The notes under the pieces are model-generated. The model made no database searches, was not told the origin of the DNA, and saw only the letters and a list, made by a program, of their open reading frames with translations. 64,000 nucleotides of DNA, taken from assembly GCA_963705855.1 (NCBI GenBank), contig CAVPLA010000011.1:18247-82246 (forward strand), given 5' to 3'. This DNA is from an uncultured Acidobacteriota bacterium (lineage in GTDB: Bacteria; Acidobacteriota; Terriglobia; Acidiferrales; UBA7541). Of this stretch, positions 30,117-40,346 are shown piece by piece; positions within the stretch are counted from its first letter, which is position 1, and every line of letters begins with the position of its first letter. A program made the position numbers and the translations under genes.

Positions 30117-31502
30117 GTGCGGCGTATCGTACACTTTGTGGCCCGCATATCAACTGCGCCTGCATTACTTACATTTGCGCTGGCGGGGATTGCCGCTTCG
30201 GCCCAAAACACGCCGCAGTCTCCTGCGATTAGCATTTCCACGCGGCCGGTGCAGGTAGGTGTCATCGCCCGTGACAAGAAAGGCGCGGTCGCGGATTTGA
30301 CGAAGGACGATTTCGTTGTCCTTGATCGAGGGAAACCCCAGAAAATCAGTGTTTTCTCGATCGAATCCAGTCAGTCTGTGCCGCAGCCTGCACTGCCGTT
30401 GCCGCAAAACACGTTCTCCGATCTTCCCAAATACGGCGCCGCCACTCCGAGAAGCGTCACCATAGTCCTGCTCGACAACCTAAATACGTTGTATGGTTCC
30501 GCGCCGACGATTTACGAGGACACGCCTCTCTGGATGGAGGATCACGCTCTGGCCAATGCCAAGGCGCATCTGCTGGAATACCTCAAAAACCTCGGTGCGC
30601 AGGACCGCGTGGCCCTGTATGGTTTGAGCGACACCCTACACGTGCTGTGCGACTTCACTAGCGACCGAAGTCAACTGTTGGCCATCGTCCAGAACTACGA
30701 TGCGCGGTCGCGGACTAGCCGGGAAGTCGTCGAGGCGGGTCGGACTCATTTGCCCGACCAACCGAGCGACGGTGTCCCGCCGCCTATTGATGCGGACCGG
30801 ATGAACCTGGCAGCACTGACGAACACATCGAGGGCCATGACGACCCTTGCCGCCCTCAAGGCCATTGCGGGTCACGTGACTAACATTCCAGGCCGCAAGA
30901 ATCTGGTATGGCTCTCCGCCAATCTTCCTTTCTCGGCCGAAGCCATGGCCGCCATTCTCAGCCCTGCGCAGATCGCCGCGTATTCTGTGGACGGGCGCGG
31001 GTTGCTGCCGCGCTCTTCCCTAACACAGGAAAACGACACTCCACTGGGTGAGATGGGATTGCCGAAACAGATGCAGGAGACGAGCAGTTCTGCGGACTCC
31101 GGCGAACCTCCTGGCATCAACACCATGCAGCGGCTCGCCGACCTAACTGGCGGACGGGCCTTCGTCAACATCAATGATCTCACCGGGGCCATCCGCGAGG
31201 CCGTAGCCGATGGTACCGTTCTCTATTCTTTGGGTTTCTACATTGATGCGCGCTCCACCGATGGAAAGTTCCATGAACTGAAGGTGCCGGTGAGGCGCGA
31301 GGGCCTGACCATTCGTTATCCGAAGTGGTATCTTGCATCCAAAGACGCCCCTCCCACCGAGGACCAGAATTGGCAGACGGTGTCAACGGCCGTGCAAAGC
31401 CCGATTGAATCCTCCGTAATCCCGTTGCAGGCAAAGGTGGATCGAGTAAACCAACCGCTGCCGAACTCTTTGAGGCTTTTGAGCTCGATTGACATCCACT
31501 AG
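30117..31502 (+). CDS. secreted VWA-domain protein (acidobacterial VWFA-related type)
   Basis: Signal peptide. VQVGVIARDKKGAVADLTKDDFVVLDRGKPQKISVF parallels the N-terminal block of 10582-11538. Confidence 0.8.
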   Translation: MRRIVHFVARISTAPALLTFALAGIAASAQNTPQSPAISISTRPVQVGVIARDKKGAVADLTKDDFVVLDRGKPQKISVFSIESSQSVPQPALPLPQNTFSDLPKYGAATPRSVTIVLLDNLNTLYGSAPTIYEDTPLWMEDHALANAKAHLLEYLKNLGAQDRVALYGLSDTLHVLCDFTSDRSQLLAIVQNYDARSRTSREVVEAGRTHLPDQPSDGVPPPIDADRMNLAALTNTSRAMTTLAALKAIAGHVTNIPGRKNLVWLSANLPFSAEAMAAILSPAQIAAYSVDGRGLLPRSSLTQENDTPLGEMGLPKQMQETSSSADSGEPPGINTMQRLADLTGGRAFVNINDLTGAIREAVADGTVLYSLGFYIDARSTDGKFHELKVPVRREGLTIRYPKWYLASKDAPPTEDQNWQTVSTAVQSPIESSVIPLQAKVDRVNQPLPNSLRLLSSIDIH

Positions 31503-31677
31503 CAAAAATGCGCATGTTCCGATCCTCACCCTATCAGAACGGTTTGCAGCGCTCGGTGGTCGTTCGTAGGTCGAACAGCCGCAAACGGACCTACTAACTA
31601 AACTGCTTCACGATTTCGCGAACGGGACCGGCGGGTGTAAACTGGCGCTGTTTTGGGGGGCGAGAAAGAAGTTCCAC

Positions 31678-31920
31678 ATGAAGCGAGTCGCTATTTTCAT
31701 ACTTCTGGTCGTGTTGGGCGTTGCCCGGTCGATACCGGCCAGAGCGCAAAGTCCCGGCGTCGCGGAGTATGCGAGCAACTCCCGAGAATTCGACAAGAAG
31801 TCAGCCAAGCAGCAGAACAAGAGGCTAAAGAAGGCGTCCAGGAAACAACAAAAAGCGATGAAGAAATACTCGAAGGCACAACGGAAGGCAGCCAAGAAGT
31901 CGAATCGCCGCGCTAAGTAG
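31678..31920 (+). CDS. small secreted Lys/Gln-rich protein (80 aa)
   Basis: Signal peptide MKRVAIFILLVVLGVARSIPARAQS, followed by a very basic tail (KKSAKQQNKRLKKASRKQQKAMKKYSKAQRKAAKKSNRRAK). Confidence 0.55.
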   Translation: MKRVAIFILLVVLGVARSIPARAQSPGVAEYASNSREFDKKSAKQQNKRLKKASRKQQKAMKKYSKAQRKAAKKSNRRAK

Positions 31921-32159
31921 CTGTTCGCGTCCCCACTGGCTTTGGGTTTTAGATTGGCGCAGTGTGTTAGGACAATGCCTCAGACGCCTTGCTGAAGTAG
32001 AGCCGCTACTAGTACTGGGCGATCCCCAATCTGCTCAATGTGAACAATCTGAAGTGCAACATTCATTCAAGCGCAACAAATCTCCCATATAACGCTCGCT
32101 GACACGCCAGCGGAGATCCCCACGGGCTGGCTCTCACGTCGAGAGTGCATAGGAGAGTT

Positions 32160-33782
32160 ATGGCCGCAAGCGCATCTACAACTGTACCGTCATCTGCAAC
32201 CCCAGGTTCGCACGCACTGGCAGAAAAGCTGAATAGGAAGCCCGGCAGGGTCGGAATGTTGGCGTTCGGTGTGGTGTTGATCTTCGGTGTGATCTTTATT
32301 GGCTACAGCCTTTCGCGCGACCTGGCAGGGTTGGAACTCGGTTCGGCGCTGCCCTACATTCTTTTGGGCACGGCGCTGCTGGTAGCACTGGGATTTGAGT
32401 TCGTAAACGGATTCCACGACACGGCAAACGCTGTGGCGACCGTGATTTATACCCATTCGATGGAGCCGCACATTGCAGTGGTATGGAGCGGATTCTGGAA
32501 TTTCGCGGGCGTGGTGACGTCATCAGGTGTGGTGGCGTTCACGATCATTTCCCTGTTGCCGGTAGAATTGATTTTGCAGGTGGGAAGCGGCGCTGGCTTT
32601 GCGATGGTTTTTGCGCTGCTTGTGGCTGCGATTCTCTGGAATTTGGGCACGTGGGCGCTGGGACTGCCGGCTTCGAGTTCGCATACGCTGATTGGGTCGG
32701 TTATAGGCGTGGGCATTGCGAACCAGCTGATGCAAGGGCGAACGGGAACAAGCGGCGTGGACTGGGCACAGGCGATGGGGATTGGAAAGTCGCTGCTGCT
32801 CTCGCCCGTATTTGGGTTCGTACTCGCATCACTGCTGTTTCTGTTCATGAAGGCGATCATCAAGGATAAGCGGCTTTACGAAGCGCCTAAGGGAGCCGAG
32901 CCCCCTCCGTTTTGGATTCGCGCCATGCTCGTGTTTACTTGCACGGGTGTGAGCTTTTTCCACGGGTCGAATGACGGACAAAAAGGCATGGGCTTGATCA
33001 TGCTGATCCTGATCGGCACGGTGCCCACGACGTATGCGTTGAACCATGCGGTGACGGCGCAGCAGTCGCAGGACTTCATTGCTGTATCAGCGCAAACCGC
33101 GGACACGTTGAATAAATACGTGCAAAACAGCGCGGCCATCGGAGATCCGCGCGAGGACGTCACGGAGTATATTCGGACCAAAGAGTTCAAGCCGAACACG
33201 ATGCTGGCGTTGCGCGAGCTCGTGAACGGCGTCGGAACGGAAATGGCGATCTTCAAGGAGCTGTCGAAGGTGCCGCACACGCAGGTGCGCAACTTCCGGA
33301 ATGACATGTACCTGGTGAGCGAGGCCATACGGCTGATGCTAAAATCCGGGAAACCGGAACTTGCCACGGCGGATGCCGCAGTGCTGAAGAATTACAAAAC
33401 TCATATCGACAAGGCCACGCGGTTTATTCCGCTGTGGGTCAAGGTAGCGGTGGCGCTGGCGTTGGGCCTGGGCACGATGGTTGGGTGGAAGCGCATCGTG
33501 GTCACGGTGGGCGAGAAGATCGGCAAGAACCATCTGACTTACGCGCAGGGAGCGGCAGCCGAAATTACGGCGATGGCAACGATTGGCGCGGCGGATGGAT
33601 TAGGCATGCCGGTCAGCACAACGCATGTGTTGTCGTCCGGCGTGGCAGGAACGATGATGGCGAATCATTCGGGGCTGCAATGGGCCACGGTAAGGAACCT
33701 GTTGTTGGCCTGGGTGCTGACATTGCCAGCGGCGATGACACTTTCGGGATTCTTGTTCTTTGCGTTCCGCAAATTGTTTTAG
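32160..33782 (+). CDS. inorganic phosphate transporter, PiT family
   Basis: PiT signatures GFHDTANAVAT and FHGSNDGQKGMG, with the repeat VSTTHVLSSGVAG. AGGAGAG precedes the ATG at 32160. Confidence 0.9.
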   Translation: MAASASTTVPSSATPGSHALAEKLNRKPGRVGMLAFGVVLIFGVIFIGYSLSRDLAGLELGSALPYILLGTALLVALGFEFVNGFHDTANAVATVIYTHSMEPHIAVVWSGFWNFAGVVTSSGVVAFTIISLLPVELILQVGSGAGFAMVFALLVAAILWNLGTWALGLPASSSHTLIGSVIGVGIANQLMQGRTGTSGVDWAQAMGIGKSLLLSPVFGFVLASLLFLFMKAIIKDKRLYEAPKGAEPPPFWIRAMLVFTCTGVSFFHGSNDGQKGMGLIMLILIGTVPTTYALNHAVTAQQSQDFIAVSAQTADTLNKYVQNSAAIGDPREDVTEYIRTKEFKPNTMLALRELVNGVGTEMAIFKELSKVPHTQVRNFRNDMYLVSEAIRLMLKSGKPELATADAAVLKNYKTHIDKATRFIPLWVKVAVALALGLGTMVGWKRIVVTVGEKIGKNHLTYAQGAAAEITAMATIGAADGLGMPVSTTHVLSSGVAGTMMANHSGLQWATVRNLLLAWVLTLPAAMTLSGFLFFAFRKLF

Positions 33783-33846
33783 TTGAAACAAGGAAGCCTC
33801 CCAAGGGCGGCAACAACCATCACCAAAAACTGAGACAACCGGAATT

Positions 33847-33871
33847 GGCTGCCCACAGCAGCCAGATTTTT
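33847..33871 (+). terminator. possible intrinsic terminator after the PiT gene
   Basis: GGCTGC-ccaca-GCAGCC stem followed by AGATTTTT. The stem is short, so support is weak. Confidence 0.4.
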
Positions 33872-33981
33872 CCTACGCAGAGCCAAGTGAGAGGATTTGA
33901 GGCATATAATCTCCATTGTTGGGGATAGGCCCGGAATTGTGGTGGCTTGATTTTTAACCCCTAGGTCACTGCAGAGGAACT

Positions 33982-34902
33982 ATGAACGCAAGTATTGCAA
34001 GCGCTGAGCGAGATCTGTGGCCCGAACTTCCTCTTGAAACTTGGCAAGACACCTATGCCACACTCCACATGTGGACGCAGATCGTAGGCAAAGTGCGGCT
34101 GGCGCTGAGCCCGAATATCAACCACTGGTGGGGAGTGCCGTTGTACGTGAATGCTTCCGGGTTGACCACGTCGGCCATCCCCTACAGCGGTGGAAACTTC
34201 GACGTTCAGTTCGATTTCATCCATCATAAGCTCGTCATTCGAACCAGCAACGAAGCGATCCTCGCGCTGACTTTGGCGCCGCGCTCCGTCGCCGATTTCT
34301 ATCGCGAGTTCATGCGTGCGTTGGCGACGCTTGGAATCGCGGTTAAGATCTGGAGGATGCCGGTCGAGATTCCCGACCCGATCCCGTTCGATCAGGACAC
34401 GCAACACGCCTCGTACGATCCGGAATACGCTAACCGCTTCTGGCGCGTTCTGGTGAGTTGCGAAGTGGTGTTCAAGGAATTTCGCGCGGAGTTCATCGGG
34501 AAGGCTAGTCCGGTGCATTTCTTCTGGGGCAGCTTCGATCTGGCGGCGACGCGCTTCTCGGGGCGGCGCGCTCCGGAGCGCGTGGGTGCGGACTCCATCA
34601 CGCGGGAAGCGTATTCGCACGAAGTGATCAGCGCGGGGTTTTGGCCGGGAGGCGGTGACGTCAAAGGAGCCGCGTTTTATGCGTATGCCGCGCCTGAACC
34701 AGCTAAATATGCGCAGCACCCTGTTCGCCCCGCGGAGGCGTTCTATCATCCGCAGCTGAAGGAATTTATTTTGATGTACGACGACGTGCGGCGAGCGGCC
34801 TCGCCGAGAGAAACCCTGCTGGCGTTTTTGCAAAGCACCTACGAGGCGGGAGCAGACCTTGCGAAGTGGAATCGCAAGGAACTGGAGGCAGGCACCAGCT
34901 AG
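33982..34902 (+). CDS. DUF5996-like protein (tentative family)
   Basis: WPELPLETWQDTYATLHMWTQIVGKVRLALSPNINHWWGVPLYV matches my memory of that family. The antisense 290-aa ORF is Arg-rich shadow. Confidence 0.75.
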   Translation: MNASIASAERDLWPELPLETWQDTYATLHMWTQIVGKVRLALSPNINHWWGVPLYVNASGLTTSAIPYSGGNFDVQFDFIHHKLVIRTSNEAILALTLAPRSVADFYREFMRALATLGIAVKIWRMPVEIPDPIPFDQDTQHASYDPEYANRFWRVLVSCEVVFKEFRAEFIGKASPVHFFWGSFDLAATRFSGRRAPERVGADSITREAYSHEVISAGFWPGGGDVKGAAFYAYAAPEPAKYAQHPVRPAEAFYHPQLKEFILMYDDVRRAASPRETLLAFLQSTYEAGADLAKWNRKELEAGTS

Positions 34903-34956
34903 GAACGCGCCAGCCCTGGAACTGCAAGGCCTTGCTTGCTGCGCGCTTGCGTGGGG

Positions 34957-36366
34957 TCAAGAAACGAAATTAGATTCGATAAAAAGATTGTTGAGGGCTT
35001 CGGAAAGATTGGGATGCGCGAAAACGGCGTCGTGAAGAACAGTGTAAGTCAGCTTACCCATCATCGCCAACTGAATCATGGACATCACTTCGCCGCCTTC
35101 GAGGCCAAGGACGGCGGCGCCCAAGATCTGCCCAGTGGAGGCATCGGCGACCGCTTTCATGAAGCCACGCGATTCGTCGACTTCCAGCGCCCGCGCTACA
35201 TGGTTCATAGGCATTTTGGTGACGCGAATATTGCGGTTTTGCGCGCGGGCTTCCGCCTCGGTCAGACCAACGCGGCCAAGCTGAGGATCGATGAAAACGG
35301 TGTAGGGAACAAGGCGGCCATCGGTGCTGGCGCTTCCCTTTTCGATGAGATTAGTTCGAATGATGCGGAAGTCGTCGTAAGAAATGTGTGTGAACGCTGG
35401 GCCGCCCTTGATGTCGCCAAGAGCGTAAATTCCAGCCACATTTGTTTCGAGCTTTGCATTGACTTGAATAAAGCCACTCTTGTCGACGGCAATTCCTGCA
35501 GCGGCGAGGTTTAGAGTGTCTGAGTTGGGCACGCGGCCGTTAGCGACGAGCAAGTGAGTACCGCTAAGCGTGCGGCTTTCGCGTCCGGTGTCTTCGCCAG
35601 AGCTGACGGCAAGTTTGATTTGCGGGCCCTCTTTAGCGACGCGCTTAGCTCTGGCGTTGAGCAAAACGTCGATGCCGTCCTGCTGCATGATAGCAAGGAC
35701 TTCCGCGGCGACATCGGCGTCTTCTCCGCGCAGCAATTGCGCACCTCGTTGAACGATGGTGACGCGGCTGCCAAAGCGGCGAAAGAGCTGGCCAAATTCG
35801 AGGCCGACGTAGCCGCCCCCGACAACGAGAAGATGTTCTGGAACGGCGTCGAGCTCCATGATGGAAGTGCTGTCGAGATACGGAACGCCTTGCAATCCTT
35901 CGAGAGAAGGCACGGAAGGGCGGCAGCCAGCGTTGAGGAAGAATTTCTCGGCAGTAAGAGTGCGTCGTGAACCGTCCTTGAGCTGAACTTGAATGGAGCG
36001 CGGTCCCGTGAAGCTCGCTTCGCCAAAAAGAAGATCGAGATTGGGAGTTTTTTCGATGCGCGACTGGTTGCCGTTGCGAAAGGTGTTGACGATGTCGCGC
36101 TTGCGCTGCCGAACGCGGCTCAAGTCAATGGTGATGCTGCCAGTGTGAACGCCGTAATCCGCGCCGCGGCGCGCGAGGTAGGCGACGCGCCCGCTCGCGA
36201 CCATCGTCTTGGTGGGAGTGCAACCCTCATTGACGCACGTGCCTCCGACGTGGACGCGTTCCACGAGAGCAGTGCGGAGATCGGCGTTTGCCAGTGACTG
36301 ACAAAGCGGCGTGCCAGCCTGGCCGGAACCGATAACGATGGCTTGATAGTGGTCGGATGCGCTCAT
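34957..36366 (-). CDS. FAD-dependent pyridine nucleotide-disulfide oxidoreductase (class I, MerA/Lpd-like, no NmerA and no C-terminal Cys pair)
   Basis: GSGQAGTP dinucleotide fold and redox disulfide [18 protein letters not shown] precedes the ATG at 36366. Confidence 0.88.
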   Translation of the reverse strand: MSASDHYQAIVIGSGQAGTPLCQSLANADLRTALVERVHVGGTCVNEGCTPTKTMVASGRVAYLARRGADYGVHTGSITIDLSRVRQRKRDIVNTFRNGNQSRIEKTPNLDLLFGEASFTGPRSIQVQLKDGSRRTLTAEKFFLNAGCRPSVPSLEGLQGVPYLDSTSIMELDAVPEHLLVVGGGYVGLEFGQLFRRFGSRVTIVQRGAQLLRGEDADVAAEVLAIMQQDGIDVLLNARAKRVAKEGPQIKLAVSSGEDTGRESRTLSGTHLLVANGRVPNSDTLNLAAAGIAVDKSGFIQVNAKLETNVAGIYALGDIKGGPAFTHISYDDFRIIRTNLIEKGSASTDGRLVPYTVFIDPQLGRVGLTEAEARAQNRNIRVTKMPMNHVARALEVDESRGFMKAVADASTGQILGAAVLGLEGGEVMSMIQLAMMGKLTYTVLHDAVFAHPNLSEALNNLFIESNFVS

Positions 36367-36513
36367 CGATATTCCTCCGCTTGCAGATGCTCTACGTTTG
36401 CCCGCCAACAATTGGATGCACAACTCTTAGACACACAAAGGGTAGCGATAATTCCAGCTAATCCGAAACGAAAATGTACCGTCGCGGCGAGCCCCACAGG
36501 CGGGGATTGCAGC

Positions 36514-37809
36514 TCAGGAAGCGATCTCCGGCACGGCGGGCTCGGGCGCCGCTGCTTGAGCCTCCGGGAAAAGCCGGCGCGCGCGTAGCGAGCCAACGAG
36601 CAGCGCGAGATTGGTGATCAGAATGACCGCAAACGCCAACGATGGAAGAAACTCGAAGTCGACGCCGCGAGCTTCCACAACTTCTATGCCAAGCACCGCG
36701 GTGATCAGGCCACGAGGCAGAAACCAGACCATGAGTTCGCGCTCGTGAGACGTGAAAGCTCGCCAAGCGAAGCGCCCGGTCTGCACGGAGAGCCAGCGCG
36801 CGATCAAGAGCGCTCCAAAACAGCCGAGCGCCAGAACAGCGTGCTTGCGTAAGCCTTCGAATTCGACGAGCGCGCCGAGCAAGACAAAGAAAAATGTACG
36901 AATCAAAAAAGCCAGTTCGCCGTGAAACGTGAGCATCTGCCCGTGATGCTGCGCGTGCAAGCGGCCATGCTCTTGCTTGACGGGCGTCTTGGAAAACCAG
37001 TCGCCACTCTCGGACCCATCGCCAAGCTGGAAGCGCCGTTGTGCCGCCGGATAGTTGGAAAGCGTCAAACCGAAGACCAGCACGGCGACAAGTTCATTGC
37101 CATGTACGGCGTGAACGCCCGAGTAGATCAGCAAAACAACGCCAAACGTGTGCACATGCCAGAAGCGCTGTTCGGAAAGCAGTGGCAGGAGATAGGACCA
37201 CAGAGCGCCGATAAGAACGCCCGATGCCACGGCAAGAATAACGCTGGCAAAAAGACTCCAGGTGACGACTTTTGCAGAAGCGCTGCCAACGGCGGCGATA
37301 TCGAGAAGAGTCGTGACGGCCAGGACGGCGAGAGCGTCGCCGAACGTGGCTTCGACCAGCAGAGTGACTTTGACTTCGCGCCGTAGATTCACTTGCTGCA
37401 GAACAGGAAGAATGATCGAGCTACTGATGCAACCGAGCGCCGCTCCCACAAGGAGCGAGGGAATCCATGCGAAATGAAGCGCGTGGCGGCAGACCGGCGC
37501 GACTCCCACCGCGCTGAGCATGTAGCTGAATATGGCGAGAAACAGGCCGCCGAAGTGGCTGACAATTTCGCGGAGCTTAAGCTCGAGGCCGCCTTCGAAA
37601 AGGATGAGAATCAGCGCGAGCGAGCCGAAGCCCTGCGTGGCGCCTCGAAAAATTTCGGGATTGATCCAGTGGAGCACGGGGCCGATAAGCACGCCCGTGG
37701 CCATGAGGATGATGACGTCCGGCACGCCCGTGAAGCGCACGAGGCGGTTAGCAACGAACGCCAGAACGAGCAAGCCGCCGAGCAGCGCGAAGAAGAGATT
37801 CAAGGCCAT
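36514..37809 (-). CDS. cation:proton antiporter (Na+/H+ exchanger family)
   Basis: About 11-12 TM helices. The N-terminus MALNLFFALLGGLLVLAFVANRL is typical of the CPA1 family. Confidence 0.85.
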   Translation of the reverse strand: MALNLFFALLGGLLVLAFVANRLVRFTGVPDVIILMATGVLIGPVLHWINPEIFRGATQGFGSLALILILFEGGLELKLREIVSHFGGLFLAIFSYMLSAVGVAPVCRHALHFAWIPSLLVGAALGCISSSIILPVLQQVNLRREVKVTLLVEATFGDALAVLAVTTLLDIAAVGSASAKVVTWSLFASVILAVASGVLIGALWSYLLPLLSEQRFWHVHTFGVVLLIYSGVHAVHGNELVAVLVFGLTLSNYPAAQRRFQLGDGSESGDWFSKTPVKQEHGRLHAQHHGQMLTFHGELAFLIRTFFFVLLGALVEFEGLRKHAVLALGCFGALLIARWLSVQTGRFAWRAFTSHERELMVWFLPRGLITAVLGIEVVEARGVDFEFLPSLAFAVILITNLALLVGSLRARRLFPEAQAAAPEPAVPEIAS

Positions 37810-37944
37810 AGAGACATCCGGCGTGCCCGGAGTGGGGAAATAGTCGCGGAAATGCGGAGTTGAAGCAAATGAAAAGTTGGACCAGAAGATGCAGTGACGC
37901 GATTAGACGTCCACGATTTTGCGAGCAGCCTCAGAAATTCAATA

Positions 37945-38457
37945 TCAGTACCGGGAAACGATGAATAGACCTGCGCCGATCGCGATGGCGTCCTCAAGGA
38001 AGGCAATGACGAAGTCTGGAACTTTGAGCGCCTTCACAAGGCCGGTGCGCCACTGATAGCCGGCGAAAGCTCCTGCAATGCCACCGGCAGCGCCGAGCAC
38101 GGCGCCGTACGCGGGAATCTGTCCAGCGGACACGCCGACGCAAGCCCCGGAAAGAGCGCCGCAGACAAAGCGGGCGATAAGTCCCGGGGGCGCGGTGCGG
38201 CTAGGCGTCGAGGGTAGCTTGTCTGTGATGAGCTCGACAATCGCGAGCACAGTGAAAATGGCAACAGCGGCGGTTGAGCCCATGAACGCGAGGCGGGTGC
38301 CGGCAAGATTGAGCCAGCCGCGGTGCGCTGCCCAAGCCGTAACCGCGGGCGCGGTCAACGATCGCATCCCAGATACGATGCCAATAGCGAAGGCGAGGAC
38401 GAAAACGAAAGTGGCGCTCATGCAGAGAGATGTATCCCCGATGCCGGTGAGTGTCAA
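37945..38457 (-). CDS. DUF4126-like membrane protein
   Basis: MRSLTAPAVTAWAA...ELITDKLPSTPSRT motif and four TM helices. An alternative start is at 38421. Confidence 0.7.
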   Translation of the reverse strand: MTLTGIGDTSLCMSATFVFVLAFAIGIVSGMRSLTAPAVTAWAAHRGWLNLAGTRLAFMGSTAAVAIFTVLAIVELITDKLPSTPSRTAPPGLIARFVCGALSGACVGVSAGQIPAYGAVLGAAGGIAGAFAGYQWRTGLVKALKVPDFVIAFLEDAIAIGAGLFIVSRY

Positions 38458-38556
38458 GAAGCAAGAGCGAAATGCGGAGGCCGGAGCTACTTTTTTCCGA
38501 GAGTAGAAAGCAGCCGTTTTTATTTATTGAGCGAAAAGAAAAAAGACAGGAAGTTC

Positions 38557-38585
38557 TTGACTTTCGCTTTTTGTTCGCCTATAGT
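38557..38585 (+). promoter_or_regulatory. sigma70-type promoter of the Y-family polymerase/dnaE2 cassette (TTGACT-17-TATAGT)
   Basis: TTGACT at 38557-38562, a 17-nt spacer, and TATAGT at 38580-38585. It lies ~210 nt upstream of the ATG at 38796. Confidence 0.6.
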
Positions 38586-38608
38586 GCGGGGCGGTAGAGG
38601 AAACGGGA

Positions 38609-38667
38609 AACGGGTGGCGTTCAGCTCCATTGCCTTTTTGGCTCTCACGAACTGGGCGCCACCCGTT
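38609..38667 (+). promoter_or_regulatory. long hairpin in the cassette leader (11-bp perfect arms)
   Basis: AACGGGTGGCG (38609-38619) pairs with CGCCACCCGTT (38657-38667) across a 37-nt loop. A GCTC-GAAA-GAGC tetraloop hairpin lies downstream at ~38702-38713. Confidence 0.5.
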
Positions 38668-38795
38668 GAAAATTCCGAGCCCTAAGCGGGGTGAGGGGTC
38701 AGCTCGAAAGAGCGATCCCTCGACTCCCGAAGAGATTCTACTCGGTTCGTTTCCTTGTGTTCACCGCTGTGCGGTCACGGTTAATAGGAGCCGTT

Positions 38796-40112
38796 ATGGA
38801 CGTTTGTATCGAAAATGTATTCCCTGCAGTAGCAATGCCCTTCAATCCTTTTCACGAAGACGCACGCGAGGAGAAAGGCCGCGGAGCCGAGGCCCCACGC
38901 TCCAGGGCGATTCCAAATATAGTGCACGTGGATGTGGACGCGTTTTTTGCGTCGGTCGAGCAGGTGCTCAATCCGAAGCTGCGCGGCAAGTCGGTGCTGG
39001 TGGGGCGCGGCGTAGTGGCGTCGGCGAGCTACGAAGCAAAAATATGCGGCGTGAAGACGGCGATGACGTTGCGCGACGCGCTGCGCATTTGCCCCAAGGC
39101 CGTGGTGGTGCCAGGGCAGTACGAGCACTACGCCGATTTCGCGGAGCGCGTGCGGCGCATTCTCGAGACGTACACGCCCGCGGTCGAGACGGCGGCGCTG
39201 GACGATTTTTATCTGGATTTTGCGGGGACGAAGCGGCTGTACCCGGATTATGAAGCGGCGCTGCGGCGCGTGCAGTCGGACGTGCTCGAACAAACGGGAC
39301 TGAGCGTAAGCGTAGGCGCGGCGCGGACGAAAGTGGTGGCGTCGATTGCGTCGCGGCTGGAGCGGCCACGCGGCTTTCGCATGATTGCGCCGGGAACAGA
39401 AGAGAACTTTTTGACGCCGCTGCCGGTCGAGAAGCTGCACGGGATTGGGCATGTTCACGCGGGTATGCTGGCGGAGCGCGGGATTGCCATGATCGGAGAG
39501 CTGCGGCTGGTACCGCGCGCCGCTCTGGAAGCTGCGTTTGGCGAAGTGATTGGAGGACAAATCTGGGAGCGCGCGCGCGGACTCGACGGGCGCGAAGTAA
39601 TGCTGCCCTCGACGCCAAAGTCGGTCTCGCGCGAGACAACGATTGAGGGCGGCACGATCGACACGGAGTTTCTCGGCGGCCTCATCGAATATCTAAGCGA
39701 GCGAATCGGCTCGACGCTGCGCGAATACGGCCGCCAAGCGCGAACGATCGGCCTGCGCATCCGCTACGTGGACCATTTCTCAGCGCACCAAACAGTGCGG
39801 TTGACGCGCCCATCCAATGACGAGCGCGAGCTACTCGCGGAAGCCAAAGATCTTTTTGCAAAACTATTTACACGCCGCGTAGCCGTGCGCCTGATCGGTG
39901 TAAACGTAACCAATCTCGAAACCGACCGCCGCCAACACGAACTCTTCGACACCGACGCCAACCGCCGCTGGTACCTGAACCGCGGTCTCGATTCCGTCCG
40001 CGGCCGCTACGGCTGGAACGCCGTCTTCTACGGCAACGGCCTCGAACTCCGCGAACATTACGCGGCAAAGCCGGGCGGCCTGGTCCTCTCCACGCCGTGT
40101 TTATCGCGATGA
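38796..40112 (+). CDS. Y-family DNA polymerase, DinB-like (occupies the ImuB position of a dnaE2 cassette)
   Basis: IVHVDVDAFFASVEQ, SYEAKICGVKT and AALDDFYLDF align with the DinB motifs (DMDCFFAAVE, S.DEAYLD). AGGAG lies 5 nt before the ATG at 38796. Confidence 0.88.
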   Translation: MDVCIENVFPAVAMPFNPFHEDAREEKGRGAEAPRSRAIPNIVHVDVDAFFASVEQVLNPKLRGKSVLVGRGVVASASYEAKICGVKTAMTLRDALRICPKAVVVPGQYEHYADFAERVRRILETYTPAVETAALDDFYLDFAGTKRLYPDYEAALRRVQSDVLEQTGLSVSVGAARTKVVASIASRLERPRGFRMIAPGTEENFLTPLPVEKLHGIGHVHAGMLAERGIAMIGELRLVPRAALEAAFGEVIGGQIWERARGLDGREVMLPSTPKSVSRETTIEGGTIDTEFLGGLIEYLSERIGSTLREYGRQARTIGLRIRYVDHFSAHQTVRLTRPSNDERELLAEAKDLFAKLFTRRVAVRLIGVNVTNLETDRRQHELFDTDANRRWYLNRGLDSVRGRYGWNAVFYGNGLELREHYAAKPGGLVLSTPCLSR

Positions 40113-40161
40113 AGAAAAATCTTCAGGCCTGAGGCCTGAGCTACAGAGTTTTGGCATCGTG

Positions 40162-40195
40162 TTTGTAGAGGCGCAGCATGTTGCGCCTCTACAAA
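40162..40195. repeat. perfect 14-bp-stem palindromic (REP-like) hairpin
   Basis: TTTGTAGAGGCGCA-gcatgt-TGCGCCTCTACAAA. It is preceded by TCAGGCCTGA/AGGCCTG repeats at 40123-40140. Confidence 0.8.
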
Positions 40196-40346
40196 GAGCC
40201 AATGACCAAAGGTTGCTGAGTTCCCCTCCCTGTTCCCTACCAGAGTTGTTTTGCACACAAGAGGCGCGTCCTCGCACGACGTGGCTCGTGACTCGTATTT
40301 CGCGATTCGTGGAAAAACCACGTTCGCGACACGGGTTCACGAACCA

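Noticed and set aside
33961-34833. 290-aa ORF antisense to the DUF5996-like gene.
   Set aside because: Composition is extremely Arg-rich, with no motif. The plus-strand frame has protein-like composition and a recognisable family N-terminus.
38553-38576. GTTC...GTTC over the cassette promoter as a LexA box.
   Set aside because: Spacing is 16 nt rather than the 7 nt of the GTTC-N7-GTTC direct repeat. The other GTTC pairs nearby have N9 or N10 spacing.
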